A DNA stretch of 64,000 nucleotides from the human T2T-CHM13v2.0 reference genome, Homo sapiens. Positions 38,990-52,583 of the stretch are shown here, in pieces; within the stretch, counting starts at the first letter, position 1; every line of letters starts with the position of its first letter. Location of the stretch: assembly GCF_009914755.1 (NCBI RefSeq), contig NC_060947.1, one strand, 5' to 3'. Both the position numbers and the translations under genes were made by a program. The notes below the pieces were generated by a model. The model was not told the DNA's origin and ran no database searches. It saw nothing but the letters and a program-made list of their open reading frames with translations.

Positions 38990-41370
38990 ACCACCTACAT
39001 GAAGGAAACATATTACTAATTTAGAAGTCCACCTCATCCTGACTCTTCATGGAGTTCTCTACCATCTTTCCAAAAGAAACCACCATCCTGATATTTAACA
39101 CCAAAGTGCAGTCTGGTGTTCAGTTGGACTGGCTTTGAATTTTATGTAGATGAAATTGTATGGTGTGGTGTCTTTGTCTTTAGTTTCCTCTGTTCAACAT
39201 TATGTTGGTGACATTAATTTTTGATGTAGAGTGTAGCAATAGATTACTCATTTTCTTGGTTTAGAGATTTCCTTATATGAATAGCCACACTTGATTCCAC
39301 TTTTACTGGATATCTGGGTAGTTTCCAATTTTTAGCAATTCCATGTAGAGATTCTACGAAGATTATTAATATAATTACGTGTGTCTGTGTGCATGCATCC
39401 GTGTGTGTGGACATATGAATAGACACCTTTTGGTTTATGCTGGGTGAAGGTGTCTATTCAGCTTTGGTGGATATCCTCAGATAATTTTCCAAAAGTGTTG
39501 TACGATCAGCAGTATTTGGAAGATCCATTTGCTCTAGTTTCCTCCAGCACTTGAAACTTCTTGACTTTATTTCATTTTAGCCATTTTAGTGCATATGCCA
39601 TGTCACCTCATTTTGGTTTAATTTGGAGTGTCCATCATGAATAACAAAGTTGGACTTTCTTACATGGCTCTTGGGAATTTCAATATACTGTTTTGTAAAG
39701 CGTATGTTAGGCCTTTTGTTCCACCTTTCTGCTGAACGGCCTGTGTCTTCATATTGATTTCTCAGGATTCTTAACGTCTCTGAATATTAGTCATCCTATT
39801 GCAAATTTAGCTCAATTTACGTATTTTGAAAACATATATAGATAATAAGTCTCCCGTTTTGTGGCTTGCCTCTTTACTCTCTTAATGTTGTCTTGATGGA
39901 TACTAATTAGTTATAATAATGATATTGTTTGGCTGTGTCCCCACCCAAATCTCATCTTAAATTGTAGCTCGCATAATTCCCATGTGTTGTGGGAGGGACC
40001 CGGTTGGAGATAATTGAATCATGGAGGCAGTTTCTCTTATAGTGTTCTCGTGGTAGTGAATACATCTCATGAGATCTGATGGTTTTATAAGGGAAAACCC
40101 CATTCACCTGGCTCTCATTCTCTCTTGCCTGCTGCCATGTGAGATGTGCTTTTCACCCTCCACCATGATTGTGATGCCTCCCCAGCCATGTGGAGCTATG
40201 AGTCCATTAAACCTCTTTTTTCTTTATAAATTGCCCAGCCTTTGGTATGTATTTATCAGCAGCGTGAAAACAAACTAATACAAATATGATCCAATGTGTC
40301 TTTTCGTTTCCTTGATACACACTATAAGACATTTTTCCTAATACAAGATCATGAAGGTATTCCTCTGTGTTGATTCCTAGTTCTATTTTTTTACTTTTGA
40401 CATTTAGACCTAACATTTGTAGGGAATAGACTTTGCCTATACTGTGACTATACGACTCTCCTCCCATCACCACACACACAGTGACCCATCGAGAGGTGTA
40501 TATGGAAAAAAAACCTTCATCCTACAGCTCTATAAGAACTTGTGTCAAAAAACAAATCCCTATATGAGTAAGTATATGTTAGTCTCCATTCTGCCCCATT
40601 AGATTATTTATTAATTAATTGTATATCGATATGTCAATATATCAACATCGATATGCAATTAATTTTTTGGGCATGGAATACATATCTAATGATTTCATAT
40701 AAATTAAATATCATTTCTAAGTTTCTAATTTTTGTTAATGTGATGTACATTGATTTTCAATATTGAGCCAGTCTCACACTTGGGCAATGAAACTAACTTA
40801 GTTGTCTTTTGTATATCTGAGTTCAGTTGGCTGATACTTTGTTTAGATTTGGGGTCTGGGTTTACAAATATGATTAGCCTGTAATTGTGACTAAGACTGT
40901 TATCAATACACAGATTACTTTATCAAGAATTGACATTGTCACATTGCATTGTGTTCCAGTCTATGAATATGTCACAGCCCTCATTTATTTAGCTTTACTG
41001 TCTTGAAGTTTTTATTGTTGGTCTTGCAAAATTTTTGTTCAATATATCCCTAGGTATTTGAAGGATTTTTTAAATGTAATTTTGTAGAGACCCGTTTTAT
41101 TTTCTCATTTGCAATTTACTCATATACAATTTACTTATATATTTTCTGGGCATTGAGTACCTATCTAATGATTTCATATGAGTTAAATATAATTTCTAAA
41201 TTTCTAATTTCTGTTAATGTAATGTACATAGATTTTCAATATGTAGCCAGTATCACAGTTGGGCAATGAAGCTAATTTAGCTATCTTTTCTATGTCTCTG
41301 AATTCAGTTAGGTAATACTTCATTTAGGATTTTGGGTCTTGGTTTATATCTATGATTGACTGTAATTTGT
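38990..41370 (-). mobile_element. Ancient L1M (L1ME/MD-like) fragments, interrupted by THE1
   Basis: Antisense L1 3' motifs (aaccaccatcctga, gggtagtttccaatttttagc, ttcattttagccattttagtg, ctaggtatttg). Confidence 0.65.
39920..40282 (+). mobile_element. THE1B/C-like MaLR solo LTR
   Basis: tgatattgtttggctgtgtccccacccaaatctcatct ... aaacaaactaataca; near-TSD aataa/aatat. Confidence 0.92.
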
Positions 41371-41957
41371 CTTTATTAAAAACCTTCCACAGCCTCTTGA
41401 TACTAAAGTGGGACCTGAGAAACTGCATTTCTAACAAGGTCCCAGATGACCACAATGTTGTTTTTCCATGGGCCACGTAGTAAAATGCAGAGAAACTCAG
41501 TCTGAAGTTTAGCTGACCATATTTTCTCTCATGACATCTTCTTCAAGATTGCAAAAAGCAACTAATATATATGAATGAATATTCTTATATTTTACTATCA
41601 TGGCCCCAAGGCACTCCTGCTTTGGTGACAAAATGATGAGAATATAATCTGAATCTCAAGGTATTACAGGTAAATTGAGGCTGCAGTAATACCTGCTCTC
41701 AACTTAACCTGGGAGCTTTAAAATCTTATTGTTCTTTAATCTGCCTTGGATCAGCCAGTTCATAGTTTTGAGTCTGCCCTCTGAAGACCCTGATTCATAG
41801 AAACCATATCTTATTAGTTAGTTATTTTGGTTGCAAGTAAAATAACTTACAGTTGATATCTTCAGCAAGAAAGGGAAATGCATGGAAAGGATGTTGACAC
41901 AATCCCCCAGGATCAAAGAACATGTTTAACCACAAAGGCTCTGTAAAGTAATTCATT

Positions 41958-42257
41958 GTCTGGGTGCAGTGGTTCATTCCTATAACCTCAGCTCTTTGAG
42001 AGGCCGAGATGGGAGGATTTCTTGAGGCCAAGAGTTTGAGAACAGCCTGGGCAACATAGCAAGACATCATCTGCACAAAATAAATTTAGAAAATAGCAAA
42101 ATATGGTGGTGTGCACCTGTAGTCCCTGCTATTCAGGAGGCTGAAGCTGGAGGATCACTTGAGCCCAGGAGTTGGAGGCTTCAGTGAGCTATGATCACAC
42201 CACTGCCCTCCACCCCGGACAACAGAGCAAGACCTTGTCTCTAAAATAAATAAATAA
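41958..42257 (+). mobile_element. AluJ
   Basis: Dimeric, J-type ggaggatcacttgagcccaggagttggaggct. Confidence 0.92.
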
Positions 42258-42294
42258 TTGACCGAGCTCTAGCTCTGGTGACTTCCCACTGGGA

Positions 42295-42634
42295 GTTGTT
42301 TTTGTTTGGTTTTGGGGTTTTTTTTGTTTTTTTTTTTGAGAGACAGGGTCTTGCTCTGTCGCCCAGGCTGGATTGTAGTGGTGCGAACGTAGTTCACTGC
42401 AGCCTGTACCTCCTAGGCCCAAGCAATCCTCCCACCTCAGCCTCCCAAGTATCTGGGACTGCAGGCACACAATAGCACACCCTGCTAGGTTTTGTTTTTT
42501 GTTTTTGTTTTTTTTGTAGAAATGGAATTTCACCATGCCACCCAAGCTGGTCTCCAACTCCTGGGATCAAGCAATCTACTCACCTTGGACTCTCAAACTG
42601 CTAGGATTACGTGCATGAGCCACTGTGCCTGACG
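42295..42634 (-). mobile_element. AluJ
   Basis: T/G-rich tail then reverse dimer. Confidence 0.92.
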
Positions 42635-45279
42635 TCTACTTCTTTATTAGAATTACATGAGGCTGTTTCCTTCTAAAGCCTCTCCTTCTTATCTTTTCCT
42701 GGCCATTCTGCAAATTCCTAGAAAGAGAATTGATTTGGTCCACTCTAGTTCAGATGCTCATTCATGAAATGAATCAACTGAGGCCAAGGCTTGGGATCCT
42801 CCTAGGAAAAACATGGATACACCAGAATTTTTCCTAGACTGGAGATAGGGAAAAGCAATTTCTAGAGGGTGTAGTGTGTGCTGAAACCAGCAAAGATACA
42901 CCCATTAAAGATATAAGCAATGTGTTAGGAGAGTCCAATCCCATCTAAATTTATTCCAAATGGGAGAGCACAAGTAGGGGAGACATTATTTATTGCCTAC
43001 ATGCTATTTATCTCTTCTATCCTATTTAGCAGTTGTTTTTGCAGACACACACATACGAAAGACTTGTTTCCATGGTGTCTGTGAACAGATAGTGCCTGTA
43101 GTCATAGCAGGAGGAATCGAGGTTGCCAAAATGCAGAGTTTGCCACTGGGCATTCCGCTGAGTGATAAAAACACCCCCCAAAGGCTCACATCAGGTCAGG
43201 CAGCATCCTCCCTTAATGGTGAGAGGGAAGCAGTGGAACTCTGTCTGCACTGCCTATGAAACATAACAATGCGATCCGGCTGTGATGTCAGCGAGAGTGG
43301 CCAACAACAGTTCTTCGAACAGATGTGACATTTGACCACACCTCTGAACACTGGGATTAAAGCGCTATTTTTCAAGGGCAATATCTGTGAGGTCTCAAGC
43401 TCATTTCCTCATTCTATTTACCAGGACACATGGCCTTTTCAGGTCAAGAAGCAACGGAGAACGACACATGTAGGCTTCAGCCTTCTTTATAAAGATGAGG
43501 AGGAAGCCACAGTGATTGCTTTAATAGATAAAGAGAACACCCACTTTGCTATTTCTACCATGCATTTCTTAACTCACCACCTGTATGTGTATGTTAATCA
43601 CGAGTCCACATATCGCTGCATAATTAACTTCATAGTTAGTATAACCCTAATTATCCTTCCTCAAACATTTAATGTATATTTTAATATGTGTCTGTCAACA
43701 TAAACACTACTTAGATATTGCAAAATACATTTCAGATGTCTCAATGTAGGCAAGACTGCATAGCATTTTTTTCATTTCCCAATGAATAATGCAGGCTGAA
43801 AATTTAGCTTTTTACAAGGATATATATAAACTGGAAGTCCTTGTGCCCCAAACAATATTGTTTATCATGTGCCAGATGATGCATAGAAAGATATAGCGGG
43901 CTTAACTAAAAGATAAGTGAAGCACTCTAGCCATCTGTATTTACTTGGTAGATATAATCTTTCATAATTCATCTGAAAAGCAAATTTCCATAACAACATA
44001 ATATATATTTTTAATGCACTGACCTACCAAGTTGCAAGTTCTCAATCATAGTCAGGAAGCAGTCCTTAGTGAAACTAAAAATAAGCCCTGCATTTCTGCA
44101 AAACATCTCAATATAAGCATCTTCCCTTTTTACAAAATGTATTCTTGAAATAAATGTTTTCATAATATTCTCATGATCAAAATGCTTAAAATTTGTCATC
44201 ATACATTGGACACAAAGTCATTTCATGATATTAAAAAGTAGCTAAATTTTAAGGAGATTTTGTTGCTCTAATTCCGATATCAATTAACATAAATTTCCAT
44301 TTCATGCAGTTGTTGGGGTCAGTTCTGAATGAACTACAATGCCATTCATATTTGTCCTTTTGTTTCCCTCCTCTTTAAAAGCTCTATCTCACATCCTCAC
44401 ATCCTGTTTTTATAATTCCAGCTATGATACTGAGCACATGATTACAGTAGAACTAAGCTTCATAAGAATATCCTCATTTCAATGATGAAGAATACTTGAT
44501 TCTAAATAAGTTTAAAATTTCTAAACCACCAGTCTTTAAAAGAAACATTTTCAGTACTTCACTAATTTGCCATGGAGATATTGAAAAATAAGTATTCTAC
44601 CCAATCAGTCAGTATTCTCTGGCTTTGCATTGCCATTGGAGTTGCTTGGCTCATGTCCTAGGAATTGGGAGGAAAAGAAAGTCCTGGTATTCTTGTGATA
44701 GCTCAGCATTCGCATAGCTGCTCTATGAGCTAGAGGGAGCTCCAGGGAGCTCTAGGATAGAACTGAACATCCAAGGTTTTCTGAGTGGATGTTGGTTGCC
44801 CTCCAAGGACGTCTTCCCTAAGCGAGAACAGCTCTTTCATGCTTCTTGCAAACTGGGTTAAAGTCTTACAGGCAAAAGTCATATGGAGTAGCACATGGGA
44901 GAAGTTTGCTAAAATCTCCTGCAAATATGAACTTTACATTTGCAGAGAATGTCATCTGGAATGGGAAATGTTCATTTACTTTTTGTAGGTATTTATTGTC
45001 ATGAAAGTAATTTCACCCTATGCCCCTGTTGCAGGATTTTAGAAAAACCACTGGTTGCCATCATTGGAAAGTGGTAATTTAAAAGCTTTAAGCTTGGTAA
45101 CCCCAAAGGTTTGGGGGAAAATATTAGTTCTACCTGGTTTAAAGTATCTAGAGAGGACCCTGCAGTCTTTGAACCACAGTGGTCCAATCTAAAGATATAG
45201 TCAATGCATTATTCAGTGTGTTTTAATGGAATGGGAGACAGAGGTGAGTGGGAGACAGAGGTGAGTAGGAGACATCGTA

Positions 45280-45458
45280 TATGACACAGGACATTTGACA
45301 AAGACTAGAGACATTTTTGATTTGGAGCGCACTGATGGCATCTAGTTGGTAGAGGCCAGAGATGCTTGTAAACATCCTACAATGCACACGACAGCCCCTG
45401 CCACTACAAAGAATTATCAGTCCCCAAATACCAATAGTGTCAAGGTTGAGAAAGCACG
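45280..45458. mobile_element. MER20 (hAT-Charlie) MITE
   Basis: tggcatctagttggtagaggccagagatgcttgtaaacatcctacaatgcacacgacagcccc..aaagaattatc..aggttgagaaa. Confidence 0.85.
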
Positions 45459-45992
45459 CTGGAAATCCATATGATCTCTCCAACGGAAGAGACTGCTGCT
45501 TCTATATCTTGCTTAGAAGACAGGGTACCTTAGTTCCAGACTTCCTTGATTCAGAACTGCTTTTCCAAGCTAGGATCCCATCACCTCCGCTGGTCCCTTT
45601 GATATACCTGTTAAATTACCATCTATTTCACAAGGATTTTCCAAATCTTGCAATTTTGCATGATTTCTAGCTCTCCACATTCAATGATTGTTTTTCTGGT
45701 TCCTAAGGAAACTTATTTAGACGCTGGCAGAGTGCGTTTCTGCTAATTCAGTCTTCTCATAAGCACCTGCATATTCCAAATGTCTTTTTCATCTGTCCAC
45801 TAGAACAAACCCCTTCACTTGCACCATTTACACAATTCCTTGACTATAAAGTCTATTCCATAAACATTTTTCAAAGGAAGAAAGATTACAAAACCAAAAT
45901 ATTAATAGTTGTTTGTCCTAAAATTAGTGGCACTAGTCATTTTATCCTTTATACACACTTTTCTATATTTTATTAATTTTCTATTTTAAATG

Positions 45993-46422
45993 CAATTGGC
46001 CCCTAAACAACATGGGTTTGAACTGTGCAGGTCTCTTAGACATGGATTTTCTTCCTCCTCTGCCATTCCTGAGACAGCGAGACCAACCCCTCCTCTTCTT
46101 CCATCTCAGCCTACTCAACTTGAAGATGACAAGGATGAAGACCTTTATGATGGTTCTACTTCCGCTTAATGAATAGTAAATATATTTTTTCTTCTTTAGA
46201 ATTTTCTTAATAATTTTCTTTTCTCTAGCTTACTTTATTGTAGGAATATAATTCATAGTACATACACAAAACATGTGTTAGTCAACTGTTTATGCTATTG
46301 CTAAGGCTTCCAGTTAACGGTAGGCTATTAGTCATTTAATTTTGGGGGTGTCAAAAGTTACATGCAAATTTTCCACACGCGAGTCAGCACCCCTAATTCT
46401 CAAATTGTTCAAGGGTCAACCG
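45993..46422 (+). mobile_element. Tigger2a (TcMar-Tigger) element
   Basis: TIRs caattggcccctaaacaacatggg ... gttcaagggtcaaccg; internal cctactcaacttgaagatgacaaggatgaagacctttatgatg. Confidence 0.88.
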
Positions 46423-46435
46423 TATTTGATATTCA

Positions 46436-46752
<317 letters not shown>

Positions 46753-46984
46753 TAAATTATAGTATATTAAATCCTTGTTCCTCTAACCAACATTATCTAG
46801 ATGGCACAAAGTTTTCTGTTATTCTCAAACTTAGCTCACATTAGCACTAATAATATCTTTAATTAATGATAGTGTAGAACTGATACATTTACATTTGTTG
46901 CAATAAATGTATTCTATCATTCTATGGGATCCTATGTACATTTGAATTATGTTGTGATGATTTTATTTTTAAAAAGCAAGAGTT

Positions 46985-47235
46985 CTTTAATTTTTATGTT
47001 TATTGATATATCATAGATGGACATATTTTGGGGGTACATGTGATATTTCAATACATGCATACAATGTGCAATGATCAAGTCAGGGTAATTGGGTTACCCA
47101 TCACTTCAAACATTTTTCTTTGTGTTGGGAACATTACAATTCTTTTAGCTATTTTGAAATATGCAATAAATTACTAGTAACTATAATTTCCCCACTGTAC
47201 TACCAAATACTAGAATTAATTCCTTCTAACTCTAT
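46985..47235 (-). mobile_element. L1MA 3' end fragment
   Basis: catattttgggggtacatgtgatattt..atacaatgtgcaatgatcaagtcagggtaattggg. Confidence 0.8.
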
Positions 47236-48468
47236 TTTTCTTACTTTCTATATTAATTTACATCTACATTTACAAGCTGTATTGTTAGTATAACTTTAAT
47301 GTAAACATGTATTTTACCTAAGTGTTAGTTGCATGGATGTCCAGATACTATGTGTCTTTAATTACATTAAATCTAAGAAAAGTAACTCTCTAAAAAGTAA
47401 GCATAGTGACTGTATAATTTCCTTCATTTAGTTCCTTGAAGAAACCTGTGAAACCTTAATTAAATCCTGCTCTCTATTGTTAGTTTAAAAATGATCAGAA
47501 CAAAAAGGATCTGGCAACTTGGAAGACTGCATTGTAAAACCACTTGAGAGGAAGAATACACTTCAGTTTATGGCAAACTGGAGAATTCAGAACTCAGACC
47601 AAATTTTGCATTAAAAAAACAAAAAACTAAAAAGCTAAGCCAAATAGTATTTTAAATATGCCTGAATAATTATGGAGTCAGTATCCAGTGATCTTATCCC
47701 AGAGTTGTCTATCCATTCATGAAGATGCAGCTAAGAGGCTGTGAAATTGAGCAAATAGTTCAATAGCCTCATAGGTTTACAGGGAGAATAAAATGGAGGG
47801 TGGTGCCCATCACGGTGAATAATGATAAATCTCCCATGCTTTATATTAAGACCCTTAAAAATATACCCTGTGAGTAAGTACATTAACTAGGAGGTGTCTG
47901 GCTGGCCTCCACCAAAACTGAAACCCAATGAATCCCGTAAAATGCATCGTGATTCTAGTTTCCTACTTCCACTGGCAGCAAATGAACTCTGTTTTTCTAA
48001 ACATAGAGAAAATTATCCTAGACTTAAAATTAGTCATATTTTTTGTATACAATGTCTGACATTCAGTTAGAAATTGCTGGGCACTTAAAGGATAAAATGA
48101 CATTGCCAAGAGAAATAATAGATAATAAAATAGGGTGATGAAGATCTTCCATTCTCTGTAACAAACAAGACAAGGAGACATTAAAAATACAGTGTTGTAA
48201 TGTATAGAAGCTCTGAGAACTACAGAAACAAAATAATCGATATTAATAGTTATAGAACTTTATCCTCAAAAATGCAAAGTATGTGCTCATTTTAAGAATA
48301 TGTGTAATATTACAATTTTTTTTGTATCCTGGCTATAAAGCAAATCTCTGCAAAATTAAAAGGATTTCAAACAGAAAGTATAGCTTTACTGCCCACAGTG
48401 CAATTGGCTAGCCATCAATAAGCAAAGACAATAAGGAAATTAATATGATAGAAAAACAGGAAATCATA

Positions 48469-48848
48469 GGCCAGGTGAGGTGCCTCACATCTGTAATCCC
48501 AGCACTTTGGGAGCCTGGGCAGGTGGATCACTTGAGGTCAGGAGTTCAAGACCAGCCTGGCCAACATGGTGAAATCCCATCTTTACCAAAAATAGAAAAA
48601 TTAACTGGGCGTGTTGGCAGGGGCCTGTAGTCCCAGCTACTCAGGAGGTTTAGGCATGAGAATAGCTTGAACCTGGGAGGCGGAGGTTGCAATGAGCCAA
48701 ATCATGCACTCCAGCCTGGGCAACAAACAAGACTCATATCAAATAAGAAAGAAAGAAAGAGAAGAAAGAAAGAAAGAGAGAGAGAGAAAGAGAGAAAGAA
48801 ATAGAGAAAGAGAGAGAGAGTAAGAAAGAAAGAAAGGAAGAAGGAAAG
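48469..48848 (+). mobile_element. AluS with (GAAA/GA)n tail
   Basis: Dimer; tail expanded to GAAA/GAGA microsatellite; TSD acaggaaatcata. Confidence 0.93.
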
Positions 48849-49224
48849 ACAGGAAATCATATTTTTAATGCTAGGTATCCAAATGAAATACAGTACTTTA
48901 ACTAAATATTAATGAAGATTTACTATTTTTTGTGATAGAGGCTTAGATGAGTGACTAATTTGTAAACAGATCTCTCTGTCTAATATCTACCTATGTTTAT
49001 ATCTACCTATGTATCATTATCCACGTCTATCAATTTTTTTATCATCTATCTCACACCTGAATAATATGCTGGTTGTAGAAGAGGCTGGGCAGATGTAAGG
49101 AATACATTTCTCTGGTTTTTAAACTGCATGTGGGTTGATTCCATTTTAAAAACCTAGACTATGGAATAACTTTGGAGAGGACATTCTCTCTATTTTTTTA
49201 AAAAAAGTTGCAATAGAAGAAGCA

Positions 49225-51090
49225 CTCTTAAAAAGTATATGAACCCACAAAAGACTTCAAATAGCCAAAGCAATTTTGAGAAAGACAAAAAAGCTGGAGA
49301 ATCACACTTCCTGATTTCAAATATATTATAGAGCTACAGTAATCAAAGCTGTATGATACTGGCATATGGATCAATGCAACAGAATAAACAGCCCAGAAAT
49401 TAACCTATGCATGTACCATCAAAAGATCTTGCAAGGATACACAACAGAGAGAGGAGAGTCTCTTGGACAAATGGTGTTGGGAAAACTGGATATCCATATG
49501 CAAAAAGAATGAAATTGGACCATTACACAACAGAAAAAAAACGAACTAAAAATAGATTCAAGACTTCACATAAGACATGTAAGGACTTCACATAAGACCC
49601 TGTAAAACTCCAAAAAGAAAATATAAGGAATAACTTGTTGACATTGGCCTTGGCAATGATTTCTTGGACATGACACTGAAACCACAGGCAGTGAAAGCAA
49701 AAGAGGACAAGTGGAATGACATTTAACTAAAAAGTTCTGCACAGTAAAGAAAGCAATCTACAGATTGAGAAAGTATCCTATGGAATGGGAGAAAACATTG
49801 GCAAACCATGCAGCTAATAAAGAATTAGTATACAAACTAAATAAGGAACTCCTTCAACTCAACACAAAAACATGTACAACAACAACAACAAAAAAACACC
49901 AAATAATTCAATTAAAAATCGCCAAAAGACTAAATAGACATTTCTCCAAAGAAAACATACAAATGGCCAACAGGTACCTGAAAAGGTGCTCGACATTATT
50001 ACCCCAGGGAAACGCAAATCAAATCCACAGGGAGATACTGACCTACACTTGTTAAGAAAGTCATTATAAAAAACTAAAAAATAACAAATGTTGGCAAGGA
50101 TGTGGAGAAATCGGAACCATTGCACTGTGTTTGTTGGAAAGTAAAATGATGCAGTCATTCTGGAAAACAGTATGAAGCTTCCTCAAAAATTAAAAATAGG
50201 CTCATGCCTGTAATCCCAACACATTGGGAGGCTGAACTGGGACGATCACTGGAGCCTAGGAGTTTGAGACCTGCCTGGGCAAAACATAGAGAGACCTCAT
50301 CTCTAAATTATATATATACATATATATATATGTACATATATATGTATATATATAATTTAAAAATTAAAAATAGAGCTACCACATGATCCAGCAATTCAAC
50401 TTCTGTGTTTTTATTTTAAAAATAAAAAATAAAAGTGAAATGAGGATCTCAAAGAGATATCTGCACTCCTATGTTCATTACAGAATTATTTACAATAGCC
50501 AAGATATGGAAACAAACTAAGTGTTCGTTGATAGACTGATGGATAGAGAAAATGTGGTCTCTACATTCCATGGGATGCTACTCAGCATTTCAAAAGAAAG
50601 AAATTCTGCCATCTGTGACAATATGGATGAAAACATTATGCTATGAAGTAAGCCAGGCACAGGAGGACAAGCACTGCATGATTTCACTTACATGTGAAAT
50701 ATGAAATTGTCGAACTCATAGAAGCAGAGTAGAAGGGTGATTATCAAGGGGTGGGTTGGGATGGGAAAAATGAGAGTTGTTTTCAATGGGTGTAAAATTT
50801 CATTCATGTGTGGTGAATACATTCTAGAAATCTGCCTCATTAACATAGTGGATCTAGTTAACAATACTGTATTTTGCACATAAAAATTTTGTTTAAAGGC
50901 TGTCTCCTGTTGTGTTCTTACCACAAAAAGTAGGGGGCACCAGAAAACTTTTGGAGGTGATGCATAAATATGTTACCTAGATCATGATGGTTATTTCATA
51001 GGTGCATATTCAAACTCATCAAATTGTATGCATTAAATTTGTATAGATTTTTGTATATCAATTATACCTCCGTAAAACTGCTCAAAAAAG
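49225..51090 (+). mobile_element. L1MA/MB 3' portion (ORF2 C-terminus + 3' UTR)
   Basis: Degenerate ORF2 peptide (..MEWEKTLANH..LNRHFSKENIQMANRYLKRCST..), 3' UTR ttttggaggtgatg..aaactcatcaaattgta. Confidence 0.9.
50199..50358 (+). mobile_element. FLAM/Alu left monomer with (TA)n tail inside L1
   Basis: gctcatgcctgtaatccca..cctgggcaaaacata; TSD aaaattaaaaatag. Confidence 0.85.
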
Positions 51091-51676
51091 CTTGGGCGGT
51101 GCACAGAACCTTCTCAGGACACCTGGAATTATATTATAAGAGCACTTATATTTAAATTAAAAAATGATCTTTAAAATGAAACACAAAGTAGCTGCTTATT
51201 ATTAATGGCAACAGAACTACCTCAACAACACACTAAGTAGAAGACCAAAGCCCCTCTTAAATGACAGTGTGTCTCCCACTCTCCTCCCCTCTCCTGGCTA
51301 TTCTTGCTTCATCCTTTTTGACATTTGCATGTATGTATTTTCCAGGTACTTGTTGGGGATTTTCTACTTAACCCCTAGATAGTCTTCCCAGTTAGCATGT
51401 TTTCCATCCATGGCTTCAAATAAAATGATTTAGTCATGATGTCTGATTCTGAGATGTGGCAGGGAGCACCATTCTATAGTGCAGACCCATATTTCAAGAT
51501 CCCTTTTTCATGACTCAAAGTTGCCTGAAAGTGAACAGAAACATATTGAACTTCCTTCCCTTTTCACTCTTCTTCTTTACATAAAACTGTCACCGGCAGA
51601 CGTGGTGTGCTTCACAACTAGGAAAGGCAAATTTTCTAACATATTGTACTGGTCAACTTGAATGCCAATCATTTAT

Positions 51677-51753
51677 CTATGTTGGTGCAAAGGTGAACAC
51701 ATTTTTTGCCACTACTTTCAATGACAACCGCAATCACTTTTGCACCAACATAA
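51677..51753. mobile_element. MADE1 mariner MITE (degenerate)
   Basis: gttggtgcaaa..ttttgccactactttcaatgacaaccgcaatcacttttgcaccaacataa. Confidence 0.85.
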
Positions 51754-52583
51754 TACTAACCCCTTCTTTTATTTTCTCATCTTCACAAACACAGAGCTCA
51801 AGTTCAATTATGCCTATCCTTAGCATATTCCAATCATTTTCCTATTTTTTTGCTATTTACTTCTTTCTCTTTGTTCTTCAGATGTTATTTCCCCTTTGGT
51901 TCAATCTTTGCCCTAATGTTGCCAATAAAATAAGTATCACTGATTAATCTTTCTTCTGTGTTGCTACAGTATATGCATATCTCTATTGAAGCACTTACGA
52001 TCATTTATTAAAATTAGTTGGGAATATGTACCATTATTTTCTGGACTCTGAGGTTCATAGTGGGAAGAAACGTCCTATAGTTTGGGGTTTACCTTTCGTA
52101 TAGCTTACCAACAGAAATTAAATCATGATTTATTGGCCTTTATTTGAATTCAAGAATGAATGAATTGCAAGCCATATTAAATTCTTCCTTCTAATTAATT
52201 TTTAAAATTAAATTTCAGGGGAAGTAAATAAATTAGCCATCTGCCACCAACTATATATGGTGATCACTGTTCCCTGCTATTAATATATTCTTTGCTATAT
52301 TCTTCTGAAAGCTTCCTTGGTTCAGAGTGCAGTGATTTATTTAAATATAGCTAGCCTTGCATTCCATAGCCTTCTCACTGAATCTTTATGAATGTTGGGG
52401 CACAGTGCTAGCTGTGGAAAAAGAATTTAATCAAATATCTTGACAATATCTGCAGTACTGTTTTTCCCTAAAAAATCTGTTAAAGAATAGGGAGGAAGCG
52501 AATCTTTCTAAATGTAATAGAGCTATCTGATTCTTTAGAGAACATATATGCTCATCAGCTTTCAATTCAAAAGCAGACAAACA

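Noticed and set aside
49407-50158. ORFs resembling the L1 ORF2 C-terminus
   Set aside because: Fragmented, frameshifted fossil L1; not a functional gene
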